The notes below the pieces were generated by a model, which saw only the letters and a program-made list of their open reading frames with translations, did not search any database and was not told where the DNA came from. From Candidatus Poribacteria bacterium (GTDB lineage: Bacteria; Poribacteria; WGA-4E; B28-G17): DNA of 64,000 nt. Below, in pieces: positions 1 through 9,456 of the stretch (positions within the stretch are counted from its first letter, which is position 1; each line of letters begins with the position of its first letter). The stretch spans positions 3,064 to 67,063 of the forward strand of contig JAGGXZ010000185.1 of assembly GCA_021162805.1 (NCBI GenBank). The letters run 5' to 3'. The position numbers and the translations under genes are program-made.

Positions 1-2
1 AG

Positions 3-941
3 ATGGTGAGGTACCTGGCATCGCTCAGGCCCTCATATGCCCTGGTGGGGGCAGGGCTGGCCTTTCTGATGTGGTGTTCGTCGGCGATGAAATTTCATCT
101 TCTGCTCAAAGGCGTTGGGGAAAGGGTGAGTTTCTGGAGATCCTTCCAAGCTTTCATGGCTAATCTGTTTATGGGAGCTATAACCCCATCCCAAACTGGA
201 GGGGGGCTCGCTCAGATATATCTTTTGACCAGAGCGGGCGTTCCGGCGGGGAAAGCCTTTATAGCTTGTACTACGGGGGCGGGTTTCACGATATTGGCTC
301 TTTTCAGCTCGGCGGTCATCATACTTATATTAAACCACGGATTTATCTTTCAACTTGGATATCTCCTGAGGGCCTCCCTCATATTCGCCACCTTGCTCTT
401 CGTTTTCTTCCTGTCTCTCTTCGCTTTGGCGATAGTGCGGATGAGATTCTTCAAGAGGCTGGTCGGATGTGCCTTCCTGGCGGTCGGTAAGGCGTTCAGG
501 TTGAAACACAAGATAACCTATACGAAGAAGATGTTGAGAACGCTGGAGCTGTTTTCGGAGAGCATAAAGATCTATTCCACCACACACGCCCACTTGACCC
601 TCCTGGCCGCCCTATTCAGCTATATATCCCTGGGAATTTACTGTCTGATGGCCAGTGTGATCCTATCGGGACTCGGTCTCAACCACTCGATCCTAAACGT
701 CGTGCTGATCCAGATGCTTCTCAGCTTTATAGCCTATTTCAGTCCTAGCCCCGGAGCGAGCGGGGTGGCCGAAGGGGGCAGTTATCTGCTGATGTCGAGC
801 ATCATCCCGAACTCGGCCATGAGGGGGGCGTATACGCTTTTGTGGCGTTTCTTCACGAATTACATGGGAGTTACCGTAGGCGGATTGCTTTTCATGTATG
901 CCCTCAACTCCGGCAAGAAACGCTTTCAAAAGCCGAGGTAA
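3..941 (+). CDS. Polytopic membrane protein, lysylphosphatidylglycerol-synthase-TM-like/flippase-like (UPF0104-type); 5' end truncated by window
   Basis: ORF runs from the window edge; many hydrophobic segments; composition typical of the LPG-synthase TM region family. Confidence 0.4.
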   Translation: MVRYLASLRPSYALVGAGLAFLMWCSSAMKFHLLLKGVGERVSFWRSFQAFMANLFMGAITPSQTGGGLAQIYLLTRAGVPAGKAFIACTTGAGFTILALFSSAVIILILNHGFIFQLGYLLRASLIFATLLFVFFLSLFALAIVRMRFFKRLVGCAFLAVGKAFRLKHKITYTKKMLRTLELFSESIKIYSTTHAHLTLLAALFSYISLGIYCLMASVILSGLGLNHSILNVVLIQMLLSFIAYFSPSPGASGVAEGGSYLLMSSIIPNSAMRGAYTLLWRFFTNYMGVTVGGLLFMYALNSGKKRFQKPR

Positions 942-1639
942 AACGGATCTCTGGTGTATTCCGCCAGATCCTCCATCTGTTTTTGCGTGCCGATGACGAT
1001 CAACACGTCGCCCAACTTGAATTTTCTGTTGGGAGCAGGGTTATATATGAACTGTTTCGTCTCCCCATCTCGTATGGCTACGATCGTCATGCCGACTTTT
1101 ACGGGGATGTTCACCTCCGATAGGGCCTTGCCGATAAGCGGTGAACCCCGATGGATGGTGGTCTCCGAGAACCTTGTCACGGTTTGGAGCCTGAGCATCT
1201 CATCGAGGAAGCTTATAACGCCTGGCATGAACAGAAAGGAGACCACGCGGCTGACGCCTATCTCCTCCGGAATTATCACCGCATCGGCGCCTGCCCTGAT
1301 AAGCTTGGGTTTGCTGGTCTCCTCAACCGCCTTGGAGACGACCATAAGATCGGGGTTGAGGCTCTTCGCCGTGATGACCAGAAAGAGATTGTCCCTATCG
1401 GCGGAGAGGGCAGCGCATAGCCCTCTGGCGTTTCCGATCTCCGCCTCATGTAGGACATCTTCGTCCGTGGCATCTCCTTCGATGTAGCGAAACTCGCGCG
1501 TCTCAAGGAGCTGTTTCAACCTCTCCCCGTTATATTCTATCACGATGAACTCCATCCCCATCTGGATAAGCTCGTCTATCACGTAGATCCCCGTATCCCC
1601 TGCTCCGCAGACGATGAAGTGGTTTTTCATGAGAACCAC
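926..1639 (-). CDS. TrkA/RCK-domain K+ transport regulatory protein
   Basis: N-terminal Rossmann motif IVCGAGDTG, TrkA-N then TrkA-C-like C-terminus; paralogous to the C-terminal half of the next gene. Confidence 0.6.
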   Translation of the reverse strand: MVLMKNHFIVCGAGDTGIYVIDELIQMGMEFIVIEYNGERLKQLLETREFRYIEGDATDEDVLHEAEIGNARGLCAALSADRDNLFLVITAKSLNPDLMVVSKAVEETSKPKLIRAGADAVIIPEEIGVSRVVSFLFMPGVISFLDEMLRLQTVTRFSETTIHRGSPLIGKALSEVNIPVKVGMTIVAIRDGETKQFIYNPAPNRKFKLGDVLIVIGTQKQMEDLAEYTRDPFYLGF

Positions 1640-2655
1640 CTCGAGACAAGCTCCGTATCGCCTATGATCTTCCCCAATTTCGATATCTGACCCTTTGATC
1701 CTATAACCACAAGCCCATCGCCAGGGAGAAGCGTGAAATCGGGTGATGGATTATATATAATCTCTTTGCCCCTCCTGATGGCGAAGACGGTAAGTCCCGT
1801 CTCGGATCTGATCCGCGTTTCCCTCAGCGATTTTCCAATCATGGGGGATCCATCGGGCAGCTTCGCCTCCACCATCTTATAAACGGGATCCGCCCTTATC
1901 CCATCCAGGAATTCCACAACGTTAGGTCTGATCAGGATCGAGGCTATCTTGAGCCCTCCCAGGTAATCAGGGATGATCACGTAATCGGCTCCTGATTTAC
2001 GTATCTTGGCGATGGATTTCGACTCCACAGCCTTCGAGACGATGGTGAGTTTCGGATTGAGCGTTCTGGCCGAAAGGGTCACGAAAAGGTTATCTCTGTC
2101 ATCGGAAAGGATGGATATAAGCGCTTTGGCTCTTCCGATCCCCGCCATATGCAACACCTCATCGTCTGAAGCGTTTCCCGCTATGTAAAGGAAAGACCTC
2201 ACCCTCAAAAGCCCTTTGATTCTTTCTTCGTTTTTGTCTATCACGACGAATGGGACTTTCCTAGAAGAGAGGGAATCGATCACGTGCACTCCCGTGCCGC
2301 CGGCCCCGCAAACTATATAATGGTCCTTGAGCTTTGAGATCTCCCTCACCATTCTACGCCGTCTCAGCACATCGCTGAGATGTCCCTCAACCACGAATCC
2401 GACCAGCGAGCTGGCACCAAATGCGAAGATACCTATTCCGGTTATTATCAGGGTAATGGTGAAGATCTTAGCAGACGTCGATTCTGAGAAGATTCCATAA
2501 TCGGAATATCCGACGGTGGTCAGCGTGATAGCGGTCATATAAAGGGATTTGAGCCAAGACCAATCCGGCATGATCAGCTTATATCCCACCGATCCTATGA
2601 AGAACTCGAGCAGGATCATCAGCCCGGTTATCACCAGATTTCTGTAGGACTGCAT
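1627..2655 (-). CDS. Potassium channel protein with C-terminal RCK/TrkA domain
   Basis: Two TM helices flanking a pore signature TTVGYSDY (K+ selectivity-filter-like), followed by a second IVCGAGGTG Rossmann/RCK domain. Confidence 0.6.
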   Translation of the reverse strand: MQSYRNLVITGLMILLEFFIGSVGYKLIMPDWSWLKSLYMTAITLTTVGYSDYGIFSESTSAKIFTITLIITGIGIFAFGASSLVGFVVEGHLSDVLRRRRMVREISKLKDHYIVCGAGGTGVHVIDSLSSRKVPFVVIDKNEERIKGLLRVRSFLYIAGNASDDEVLHMAGIGRAKALISILSDDRDNLFVTLSARTLNPKLTIVSKAVESKSIAKIRKSGADYVIIPDYLGGLKIASILIRPNVVEFLDGIRADPVYKMVEAKLPDGSPMIGKSLRETRIRSETGLTVFAIRRGKEIIYNPSPDFTLLPGDGLVVIGSKGQISKLGKIIGDTELVSRWFS

Positions 2656-2659
2656 ATGC

Positions 2660-4006
2660 CTATTCCCTCTTTTTGATCCCGTATCTCTTCATCTTTCTCC
2701 AGAGGGTCGGTCTGCTGATGCCCAGGATATTCGCGGCCTCGCCTATACGCCATCCCGTTTCCTCCAAAACTCTGATGATAACGGCTCTCTCGGCAGCCTC
2801 AAGGGGGTTCTCCCCTGGCTGCAGGTTGAAAAAGGGGGCTATTCCGGGGAACGAATCGCCTTTTCTGATCTCCAAGGGAAGGTGCTCCGGCATTATGAGA
2901 TCCCCGCGGCAGTGGACGAAGGCATGTTCGATGGCGTTCTCAAGCTCCCTCACGTTACCAGGCCAGTTATAGCGCAGGATCAGATCCATCGCCTGTTGTG
3001 ATATCCCCTCGATCTGTTTGCCGAACTCTCCATTAAACCTGTCGATGAAGAACCTCACCAGCAGCGGTATATCCTCGCGTCTTTCTCTAAGAGGGGGCAC
3101 TTCGATGGAGATCACGTTCAGCCGATAGAAGAGATCCTCCCTGAACCTACCCGCTTTCACCTCCTCGCGCAGATCTTTATTCGTCGCGGCGATGATGCGC
3201 ACATCTACCTTTATGGTCTTTGTTCCTCCGATCCTCTCGAACTCCTTATCCTCTATGGCGCGCAGAAGCTTTGCCTGGACGTGGGTGGGTATCTCGGTTA
3301 TCTCGTCGAGAAATATCGTGCCTCCATCTGCCAGCTCAAACCTGCCGGGTTTATCCGCCACCGCCCCCGTGAATGCCCCTTTAACATGTCCGAAGAGCTC
3401 GCTCTCCAGCAACGGCTCCGGCAAAGCTGCGCAGTTGACGGTCACAAACGGACCATCTGCCCGATGGCTGTTGAGATGGATCGCCCGGGCGATCACACCC
3501 TTCCCCGTTCCGGTCTCGCCCTGGATCAGAACTGTCACATCGTTTTCGGCGAGCATCTCTATCTGTTCGAATATCTCCTGCATCCTACGGGATTTGCCTA
3601 TGAGCTGGCCGAACTGATACCTCTCCTGAAGCTCCATCTCCAGCCATTTGAGCTGCGATATATCCCTGAACGTCTCCACCGCCCCCATAATACCTCCATC
3701 GTCGTCTATGAGTATTGAGGCGCTCACGCTGACCGGTATCTGGATCCCATCCTTTCGGGTGATAATCACCTCATAGTTGGTCACCGGCTCTCCCGTTTCA
3801 AGCGCCCGACGTATCGCACAGTCATAATCGCATACGTTGGTTCTGAACACCTCCCTGCACACCCTGCCTATGGCCTCCTCGGCTGAAAATCCGGTTATCC
3901 TTTCGGCGGCCTTATTGAAAAGCTCTATCCGCCAATCGGTGTTTATGGTGAAAACGCCATCGGCTATATTGTCGAGTATCAGCTCGAACTTTCTCCTGTC
4001 ATCCAT
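2660..4006 (-). CDS. Sigma-54-dependent transcriptional activator (PAS sensor + AAA+ sigma-54 interaction domain + Fis-type HTH)
   Basis: Walker [22 protein letters not shown] motif, C-terminal HTH ([15 protein letters not shown]), N-terminal PAS-like region. Confidence 0.8.
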   Translation of the reverse strand: MDDRRKFELILDNIADGVFTINTDWRIELFNKAAERITGFSAEEAIGRVCREVFRTNVCDYDCAIRRALETGEPVTNYEVIITRKDGIQIPVSVSASILIDDDGGIMGAVETFRDISQLKWLEMELQERYQFGQLIGKSRRMQEIFEQIEMLAENDVTVLIQGETGTGKGVIARAIHLNSHRADGPFVTVNCAALPEPLLESELFGHVKGAFTGAVADKPGRFELADGGTIFLDEITEIPTHVQAKLLRAIEDKEFERIGGTKTIKVDVRIIAATNKDLREEVKAGRFREDLFYRLNVISIEVPPLRERREDIPLLVRFFIDRFNGEFGKQIEGISQQAMDLILRYNWPGNVRELENAIEHAFVHCRGDLIMPEHLPLEIRKGDSFPGIAPFFNLQPGENPLEAAERAVIIRVLEETGWRIGEAANILGISRPTLWRKMKRYGIKKRE

Positions 4007-4037
4007 CGGCTTTTTCTCCCCAAGGGGGAAATTAGGC

Positions 4038-4066
4038 TTGAATTCCCCTTATATCTATGATATCAT
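4038..4066 (+). promoter_or_regulatory. Putative sigma-70-type promoter (TTGAAT-17 bp-TATCAT) upstream of the secreted protein gene
   Basis: Hexamers and 17-bp spacing read directly from sequence, about 140 bp upstream of the 4207 start. Confidence 0.3.
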
Positions 4067-4103
4067 CAATTTTAAGCCCGATGCAACTGTCAAAACTGTG
4101 ATA

Positions 4104-4178
4104 TGGTCATTTGTGGTCATTGGGTCATTTGGCTTCGCCGTCATTTCGAATGACTACAAATGACTATAAATGACAACA
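4104..4178. promoter_or_regulatory. Array of about 7 GTCATTT/AAATGAC heptamer half-sites (three direct, one palindromic GTCATTTCGAATGAC, three inverted)
   Basis: tggtcatttg tggtcatt gggtcattt ... gtcatttcgaatgac tacaaatgac tataaatgac; lies between divergent sigma-54 activator and secreted-protein gene. Confidence 0.4.
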
Positions 4179-4206
4179 AATAACCATCCGCCGAAGGAGG
4201 AGGAAA

Positions 4207-4821
4207 ATGAACAAGGTAGTGGTATTCACGGCGATGTTGTTTCTCGCCGTTCTTTCGGCCATGGCAGCTCAGGGACCGGAGTGGACATTTGACGGGCCTG
4301 ATGCCGCCCAGGAGCTGAAGAACTGGGTGGACCTCAATCAGCTTGAGCCTTTGAAGATCGAAACGGTGAAGGATCAGGACGGCCTGGATCGCAAGGTGCT
4401 CATAACCAAATCGCTTGGGGGAGACCCCTATATGTTCCCAGGCGGCGGATGGAACCAGGCCGACTACGATTCCTTTAGCGGCAAAGAGCATCCCGTGCTT
4501 TACCTCGGCGTGAGGGTCAATACGCCCAATAGGTGGCAGATCTATTGGGTGTCAAAGGAGGACGGAAACTGGAGCGAGGCGCAACATCAGGATTTCGACG
4601 TCAACGCCGTGGATGAGTTCCAGGACATCGAGGTCGAGATAACGGCGGGCGATTGGCAGAAGAAGACCATACTCAGATTCAGGATAGATCCTGGAACCTC
4701 CGCTGGAGTGGAGGCTGAGATAGACTATATCTCCTTTAACGGTCCCATATCGACGGGGAAACCCGGCGCCGTTGATCCTAAAGATAAACTGGCAACCACA
4801 TGGGCCAGGATTAAAAGATGA
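4207..4821 (+). CDS. Secreted jelly-roll-like protein with C-terminal KDKLATTWARIKR motif
   Basis: N-terminal signal peptide MNKVVVFTAMLFLAVLSAMAA; RBS aggagga upstream; C-terminal motif shared with two other secreted proteins in the window. Confidence 0.6.
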   Translation: MNKVVVFTAMLFLAVLSAMAAQGPEWTFDGPDAAQELKNWVDLNQLEPLKIETVKDQDGLDRKVLITKSLGGDPYMFPGGGWNQADYDSFSGKEHPVLYLGVRVNTPNRWQIYWVSKEDGNWSEAQHQDFDVNAVDEFQDIEVEITAGDWQKKTILRFRIDPGTSAGVEAEIDYISFNGPISTGKPGAVDPKDKLATTWARIKR

Positions 4822-4908
4822 CGGGGGAACAAGGTGAGATCTCACCTTGTCCCGTTGGAACGCAATGACCCGATGAACGCAATAACGTATTCCCGGAAGG
4901 TGCTGGAC

Positions 4909-5373
4909 ATGCCTAAAGCCTTGATCGTATACTACTCCAGAACCGGTCATACGAAAAAGATGGCGGAGATGATAGCAGAGGGCCTGCGCGATGAGGGAAT
5001 CGAGGTGGCCTGTAAAAGCGTTGAGGAGGCGTCGGTGGATGAGATCAAGGATTACGATGGTTTGATCGTCGGATCGCCCACCTACTACGGCACGATGGCG
5101 GCTGAGATCAAGAAGTTCCTGGACGAGTCGGTTAAGTTCCACGGCAGATTAGACGGCATGGTCGGCGGAGCCTTCGCCACGGCAGCGGTAACGGGACATG
5201 AGACAACCGTCATCAGCATCCTCGAGGCTCTTTTGATACACGGCATGATCATACAGGGCGATCCCAGCGGCCACCACTATGGACCCACTGCCGTCGGGAA
5301 GGTGGAGGGATCGGAGAAAGAGTGTAGGCGATTCGCCAGAAGGTTCGCCGAACTACTCAGGAGGCTCTCCTGA
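4909..5373 (+). CDS. Flavodoxin-like / NADPH-dependent FMN reductase family protein (WrbA-like)
   Basis: MPKALIVYYSRTGHTKKMAEMIAEG flavodoxin-fold N-terminus; internal ATG chosen over upstream ORF start. Confidence 0.6.
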   Translation: MPKALIVYYSRTGHTKKMAEMIAEGLRDEGIEVACKSVEEASVDEIKDYDGLIVGSPTYYGTMAAEIKKFLDESVKFHGRLDGMVGGAFATAAVTGHETTVISILEALLIHGMIIQGDPSGHHYGPTAVGKVEGSEKECRRFARRFAELLRRLS

Positions 5374-5393
5374 TCTGAGAGCGGGGGTGCGCC

Positions 5394-6758
5394 GTGATCA
5401 ACATAAGCGGGGTCATCTCCCCGCTCTCAGTCAAGGCCGATCTGCTGCCCGCCCGAAGCGAATGCGGAATAGGGGCTCTCATGCCATGGGCCGGCAGGCT
5501 CTGGATGATTACGTACGTCTCACACAAATCAAGCAGCGGTTCCGGAACGGGACTTTATGAGATAGACGAGAGCTTCACCCTGAGAAAGCGACCTGAAAGC
5601 GTGGTCGGCACCTACGCCAACCGCATGATCCATCCCCAATCCAGCCAACTTATAATCGGACCACACATCATAGATGTCGACGGCAACGTCCGAACGATCG
5701 AAGATATCAAGGAACACCGCCTCACGGCGACCATGGAGCATCTGGAAGATCCGGAGAACAAAGTCTACTTCCTGACGATGGAAGGGCTGATGTTGGAGGT
5801 CGATCTAAACACGCTGCGGGCGAGGGAGCTCTTCGATCTGACGAAGGAACTTGAGATACCCGAAAATGCTAAGCCCCATTTTAAGGGAGGATACACGGGG
5901 AGCGGCAGGGTGGTCGTGGCCAATAACACATACGATGAGCCGGACTTCCTGGGCGAACGTGAGGCGGGACGTCTGGCGGAATGGGATGGTAAGGTGTGGA
6001 GGATCATCGAGAGAAAACCCTTCAACGAGGTAACGGGTCGGCGGAATATGGGTCAGGTGATCTTCGCCACGGGATGGGACAAAGCGTCGGCTATCCTGAA
6101 GGTCTTCGCAAAAGGGAGGTGGCAAACCTATCGTCTGCCGAAGGCCAGCCATTGTTTCGACCATTACTGGCAGACCGAGTGGCCGCGGATTCGGGAGGTC
6201 GAAAGCGAGAGATATCTGATGGATTGTCACGGCATGTTCTACGAGCTCTCCCCCGTGGCGTATGACGGTAAGATATGGGGGATTAGACCCATTTCGACCC
6301 ATCTGCGTATCATCCCGGATTTCTGCTCGTGGAGGGGATTCCTTGTGTTGGGCGGAAACCAGGTAACCCCCATCGGAGACGCCAATCTCCTGGCGGGCGA
6401 GCCTCAGGCCAATCTCTGGTTCGGTAAGACCGACGATCTGTGGCAGTTCGGAAAACCTAAAGGCTGGGGAGGGGTGTGGTGGCAGGATCAAGTATCAGCT
6501 TGGGAACCGTCCGATCCATATCTGATGATGGGATTCGAGGGAAAGGTGTTACATCTGTGGCACGATAACGATCGTCCCGTGGAGTTCACCGTGGAGGTTG
6601 ATCCGCTGGGGAATCAGAGCTGGAAGGTTTACGATGTGTTCCGCGTTCCGCCCGGTGGATACCTACACCATGAGCTTCCGATGGGTTTCAGCGCCCATTG
6701 GGTGAGAGTCAGAACGGATACCACCTGTAAAGCCACGGCTTATTTCATTTACACGTAA
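5394..6758 (+). CDS. Hypothetical protein (454 aa), no recognised family by eye
   Basis: Long uninterrupted ORF with GTG start; Trp-rich; codon usage consistent with neighbours. Confidence 0.45.
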   Translation: MINISGVISPLSVKADLLPARSECGIGALMPWAGRLWMITYVSHKSSSGSGTGLYEIDESFTLRKRPESVVGTYANRMIHPQSSQLIIGPHIIDVDGNVRTIEDIKEHRLTATMEHLEDPENKVYFLTMEGLMLEVDLNTLRARELFDLTKELEIPENAKPHFKGGYTGSGRVVVANNTYDEPDFLGEREAGRLAEWDGKVWRIIERKPFNEVTGRRNMGQVIFATGWDKASAILKVFAKGRWQTYRLPKASHCFDHYWQTEWPRIREVESERYLMDCHGMFYELSPVAYDGKIWGIRPISTHLRIIPDFCSWRGFLVLGGNQVTPIGDANLLAGEPQANLWFGKTDDLWQFGKPKGWGGVWWQDQVSAWEPSDPYLMMGFEGKVLHLWHDNDRPVEFTVEVDPLGNQSWKVYDVFRVPPGGYLHHELPMGFSAHWVRVRTDTTCKATAYFIYT

Positions 6759-6786
6759 TTCCCTGTCTTAGAATGGGGTTTACACA

Positions 6787-7911
6787 TTGAATGAGGACCA
6801 TCTCAACAGATTAAGAAGCATGGCCGAGAAATACGGCGACTTATTGGCAAAGCAAAAGGGTGTATTGGGCGTTGTTATCTCAGGGAGTTTAGCGAGGGGA
6901 GACGTTTGGGAAGGAAGTGATGTGGATCTACATGTTTTATGGAGATCTAAGGGATGTTTCTCCTCCGTGGGTGGGTTTTTGGAAGGCGTGTTGATCAATG
7001 TGCATGATGTATGGGTGGATATGATGGAAGCTATCGTAGAAGATATAGATTGCTTCTGTAGGAGCGATCTACCAGATCAGCTTTATGGATGCAGGATCCT
7101 CTATGACCCTTATGGCTTGTGGAATCGATATAAGGCCTTCATTGATTCCAAGCGATTTGACCCGAAAATCATAGCATGTAAGGTGAGCTGTTACGTCGAG
7201 AAAGCAATGAAATTACTTGCTAAGGCTGAGGAATCTTTCAGATTAAAAGATTGGGCGTCCTCTGTATTCTATGCGCAGAGGGCAGCGATCGAAACTGCTT
7301 TCGGTATCACCGTCAAATGTGGAGATTTGATACGGAGTGCTAATCGGTTCCCCGAAAACTTAAAGGCTCTTACGGAGCGAAATGGATTAGAAGAGCTATA
7401 TAAGCTATTCCGGTCGGTTCACGGATTGACAGGACGGATTGAGGAGGTAGAAAAAGTCATAACTGCCTGTGAAATAGCCCCTAAGAAATTCATCGAGGAA
7501 CTCGATAGGATAGGTATCTCAATGGGAACTGCGAGATGTATTTTGGGAGACAAACCTATCGATGAAGCGCTGAGATATAAGGAGATCTCCGAGTTGCTTA
7601 TCAAAAGAAACCTGCGTTCCTGGGTTGCTGTCAAATACGGTTATTATAATGGACAGATCATATGGATGAGAACCAACAGATGGATGGTAATACCATTATG
7701 GGCTTCACGACTCAGGATGATATGCGGGGCTGATCGAATAAACCTGGATTCATCAACCATTGCAGAGGATATGCGCCGATTTCCCAGGGCTTCGGATGTT
7801 TTTTATAACCTCTTCCTCGATTTTCTCTGCCTATCGAACCCAGAATCTAAGCTTGCCTGGGAGCGAATTCACGCTGTATCTGAAATGATCTCATCGCTTA
7901 GTCATTCGTAA
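6787..7911 (+). CDS. Nucleotidyltransferase-fold protein (pol-beta superfamily NTase domain plus about 250 aa helical C-terminal region)
   Basis: GS-X9-DVD signature GSLARGDVWEGSDVDLHVLW; region visibly more AT-rich than flanks. Confidence 0.55.
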   Translation: MNEDHLNRLRSMAEKYGDLLAKQKGVLGVVISGSLARGDVWEGSDVDLHVLWRSKGCFSSVGGFLEGVLINVHDVWVDMMEAIVEDIDCFCRSDLPDQLYGCRILYDPYGLWNRYKAFIDSKRFDPKIIACKVSCYVEKAMKLLAKAEESFRLKDWASSVFYAQRAAIETAFGITVKCGDLIRSANRFPENLKALTERNGLEELYKLFRSVHGLTGRIEEVEKVITACEIAPKKFIEELDRIGISMGTARCILGDKPIDEALRYKEISELLIKRNLRSWVAVKYGYYNGQIIWMRTNRWMVIPLWASRLRMICGADRINLDSSTIAEDMRRFPRASDVFYNLFLDFLCLSNPESKLAWERIHAVSEMISSLSHS

Positions 7912-7935
7912 TTACATTAAGCAGAGAGGTAAACC

Positions 7936-9405
7936 ATGTCTCAACCAAATGTTCTTCTCATATTCACCGATCAACAACGGGCCGATACCATTCAAGCGGC
8001 TGGAAATCCGATCATAAAGACGCCCCACCTGGATCGTCTGGTCGCCGAAGGGGTGCTTTTCAAAAGCGCCTACACCCCATCGCCCGTATGTGTGTCGGCC
8101 CGATGTTCGCTTATTTACGGCCTCTATCCCCATAACACGGGGTGTTTCGACAACGGTTATCCGATGCCCGATGATAGACCCAGCCTGATGGAGTTGCTCT
8201 CCAGGGCGGGCTATCGGACGCACGGCATCGGCAAGATGCACTTCACACCCGATTCCCACGCCTTACGCGGGTTTCAAACGCGCGAGCATCAGGAGGAGAT
8301 GCGTGCTCGGGTTGAGGATGACGATTACCTGAAGTTCCTCCACGCGAACGGCTTCGATCACGTATACGATCCCTTCGGCCAGAGGGGTGAGATGTACTAC
8401 ATCCCTCAGCCGGCACAGATGCCGGCAAGGCTTCACGGCACCAATTGGGTCGGCGATAGAGCCGTGGAGTTCATCCGCAATGCGGATAGATCCCGACCCT
8501 TCTTCCTCTGGGCGAGCTTCATTCACCCCCATCCACCCTTCTCGCCTCCGACTCCCTGGAACAAGCTGTATCGGGCAGCGCTGATGCCGCTGCCAAAGCG
8601 TCCCGACGGCTTTGAGACGCTTCACACCTACATGAATAGATACCAAAATCGGTACAAATACCGCGATAACGGGATAGATAACAACCTCCTCAGGGTGATG
8701 AAGGCCTACTACTACGCCTGTATCTCCTTCATCGATTTCCAGATAGGAAGGATACTTGAGGCTTTGGAGGAGACAGACCGGCTTGAGAACACCATGATCA
8801 TCTTCACATCGGATCACGGCGAGTTTCTGGGCGATTACAACTGCTTCGGCAAGCGGAGCATGCTAGACGCGGCGGCAAGGGTGCCGATGATCGTTCGATA
8901 TCCGGAGCGGTTCGCCCGAGGATACATCTGCGAAACGCCGACAAGCTTGGTTGATATCATGCCGACCATACTGGCCGCAGCGGGAATAGATCCTAAGGAT
9001 CATAACCTCGACGGGGTGGATCTGGCCGAGGCCGTAGGATACGATGACAGGACGATCTACAGCCAGTACCAGCGGGGCCCCCTAGGCGTCTACATGATCC
9101 TGAACCGACGATGGAAGTACTTCTACTCCGCTCCCGATCGAAGGGAGTTCCTCTTCGATAGAATACACGACCCGGAGGAGACCAGGAACAGGGCGGGGCT
9201 CAGCCTATGTAGGCGGGAGCAGGAGGAGATGAGAGGGGAATTGATCGGATTTTATAAGGAGCAGGGTTATACCGAACCCATAGAGGGCGATCGGTGGAAG
9301 CTGTTCCCACAGCCATCCATACCGGTAAACCCGGACGCCGGGCTTCTAATTCAAGACCCCGGATGGTCGCTGCGATATCAGAGGATACCGGGGTATACGG
9401 ACTAA
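7936..9405 (+). CDS. Sulfatase-family protein (non-canonical active-site motif C-V-S-A-R)
   Basis: LLIFTDQQRADT N-terminus, sulfatase fold hallmarks; motif PVCVSARCSLIYGLYPHNTG aligns to the C-x-P-x-R FGly site but lacks Pro. Confidence 0.7.
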   Translation: MSQPNVLLIFTDQQRADTIQAAGNPIIKTPHLDRLVAEGVLFKSAYTPSPVCVSARCSLIYGLYPHNTGCFDNGYPMPDDRPSLMELLSRAGYRTHGIGKMHFTPDSHALRGFQTREHQEEMRARVEDDDYLKFLHANGFDHVYDPFGQRGEMYYIPQPAQMPARLHGTNWVGDRAVEFIRNADRSRPFFLWASFIHPHPPFSPPTPWNKLYRAALMPLPKRPDGFETLHTYMNRYQNRYKYRDNGIDNNLLRVMKAYYYACISFIDFQIGRILEALEETDRLENTMIIFTSDHGEFLGDYNCFGKRSMLDAAARVPMIVRYPERFARGYICETPTSLVDIMPTILAAAGIDPKDHNLDGVDLAEAVGYDDRTIYSQYQRGPLGVYMILNRRWKYFYSAPDRREFLFDRIHDPEETRNRAGLSLCRREQEEMRGELIGFYKEQGYTEPIEGDRWKLFPQPSIPVNPDAGLLIQDPGWSLRYQRIPGYTD

Positions 9406-9456
9406 CCGTCGACGAATGGAGGGTAAATACCGTACAGTATATCGGGTTAGCCGGAG

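Noticed and set aside
4141-4491. 116-aa minus-strand ORF crossing the heptamer array into the secreted-protein gene
   Set aside because: It is antisense to a gene with signal peptide, RBS and promoter, and crosses an obvious non-coding repeat array.
5805-6491. 228-aa minus-strand ORF inside the 454-aa hypothetical gene
   Set aside because: The plus-strand ORF is twice as long and uninterrupted, and this one has Pro/Arg/Ser-rich off-frame composition. It cannot be fully excluded because the plus-strand product is itself unannotated.
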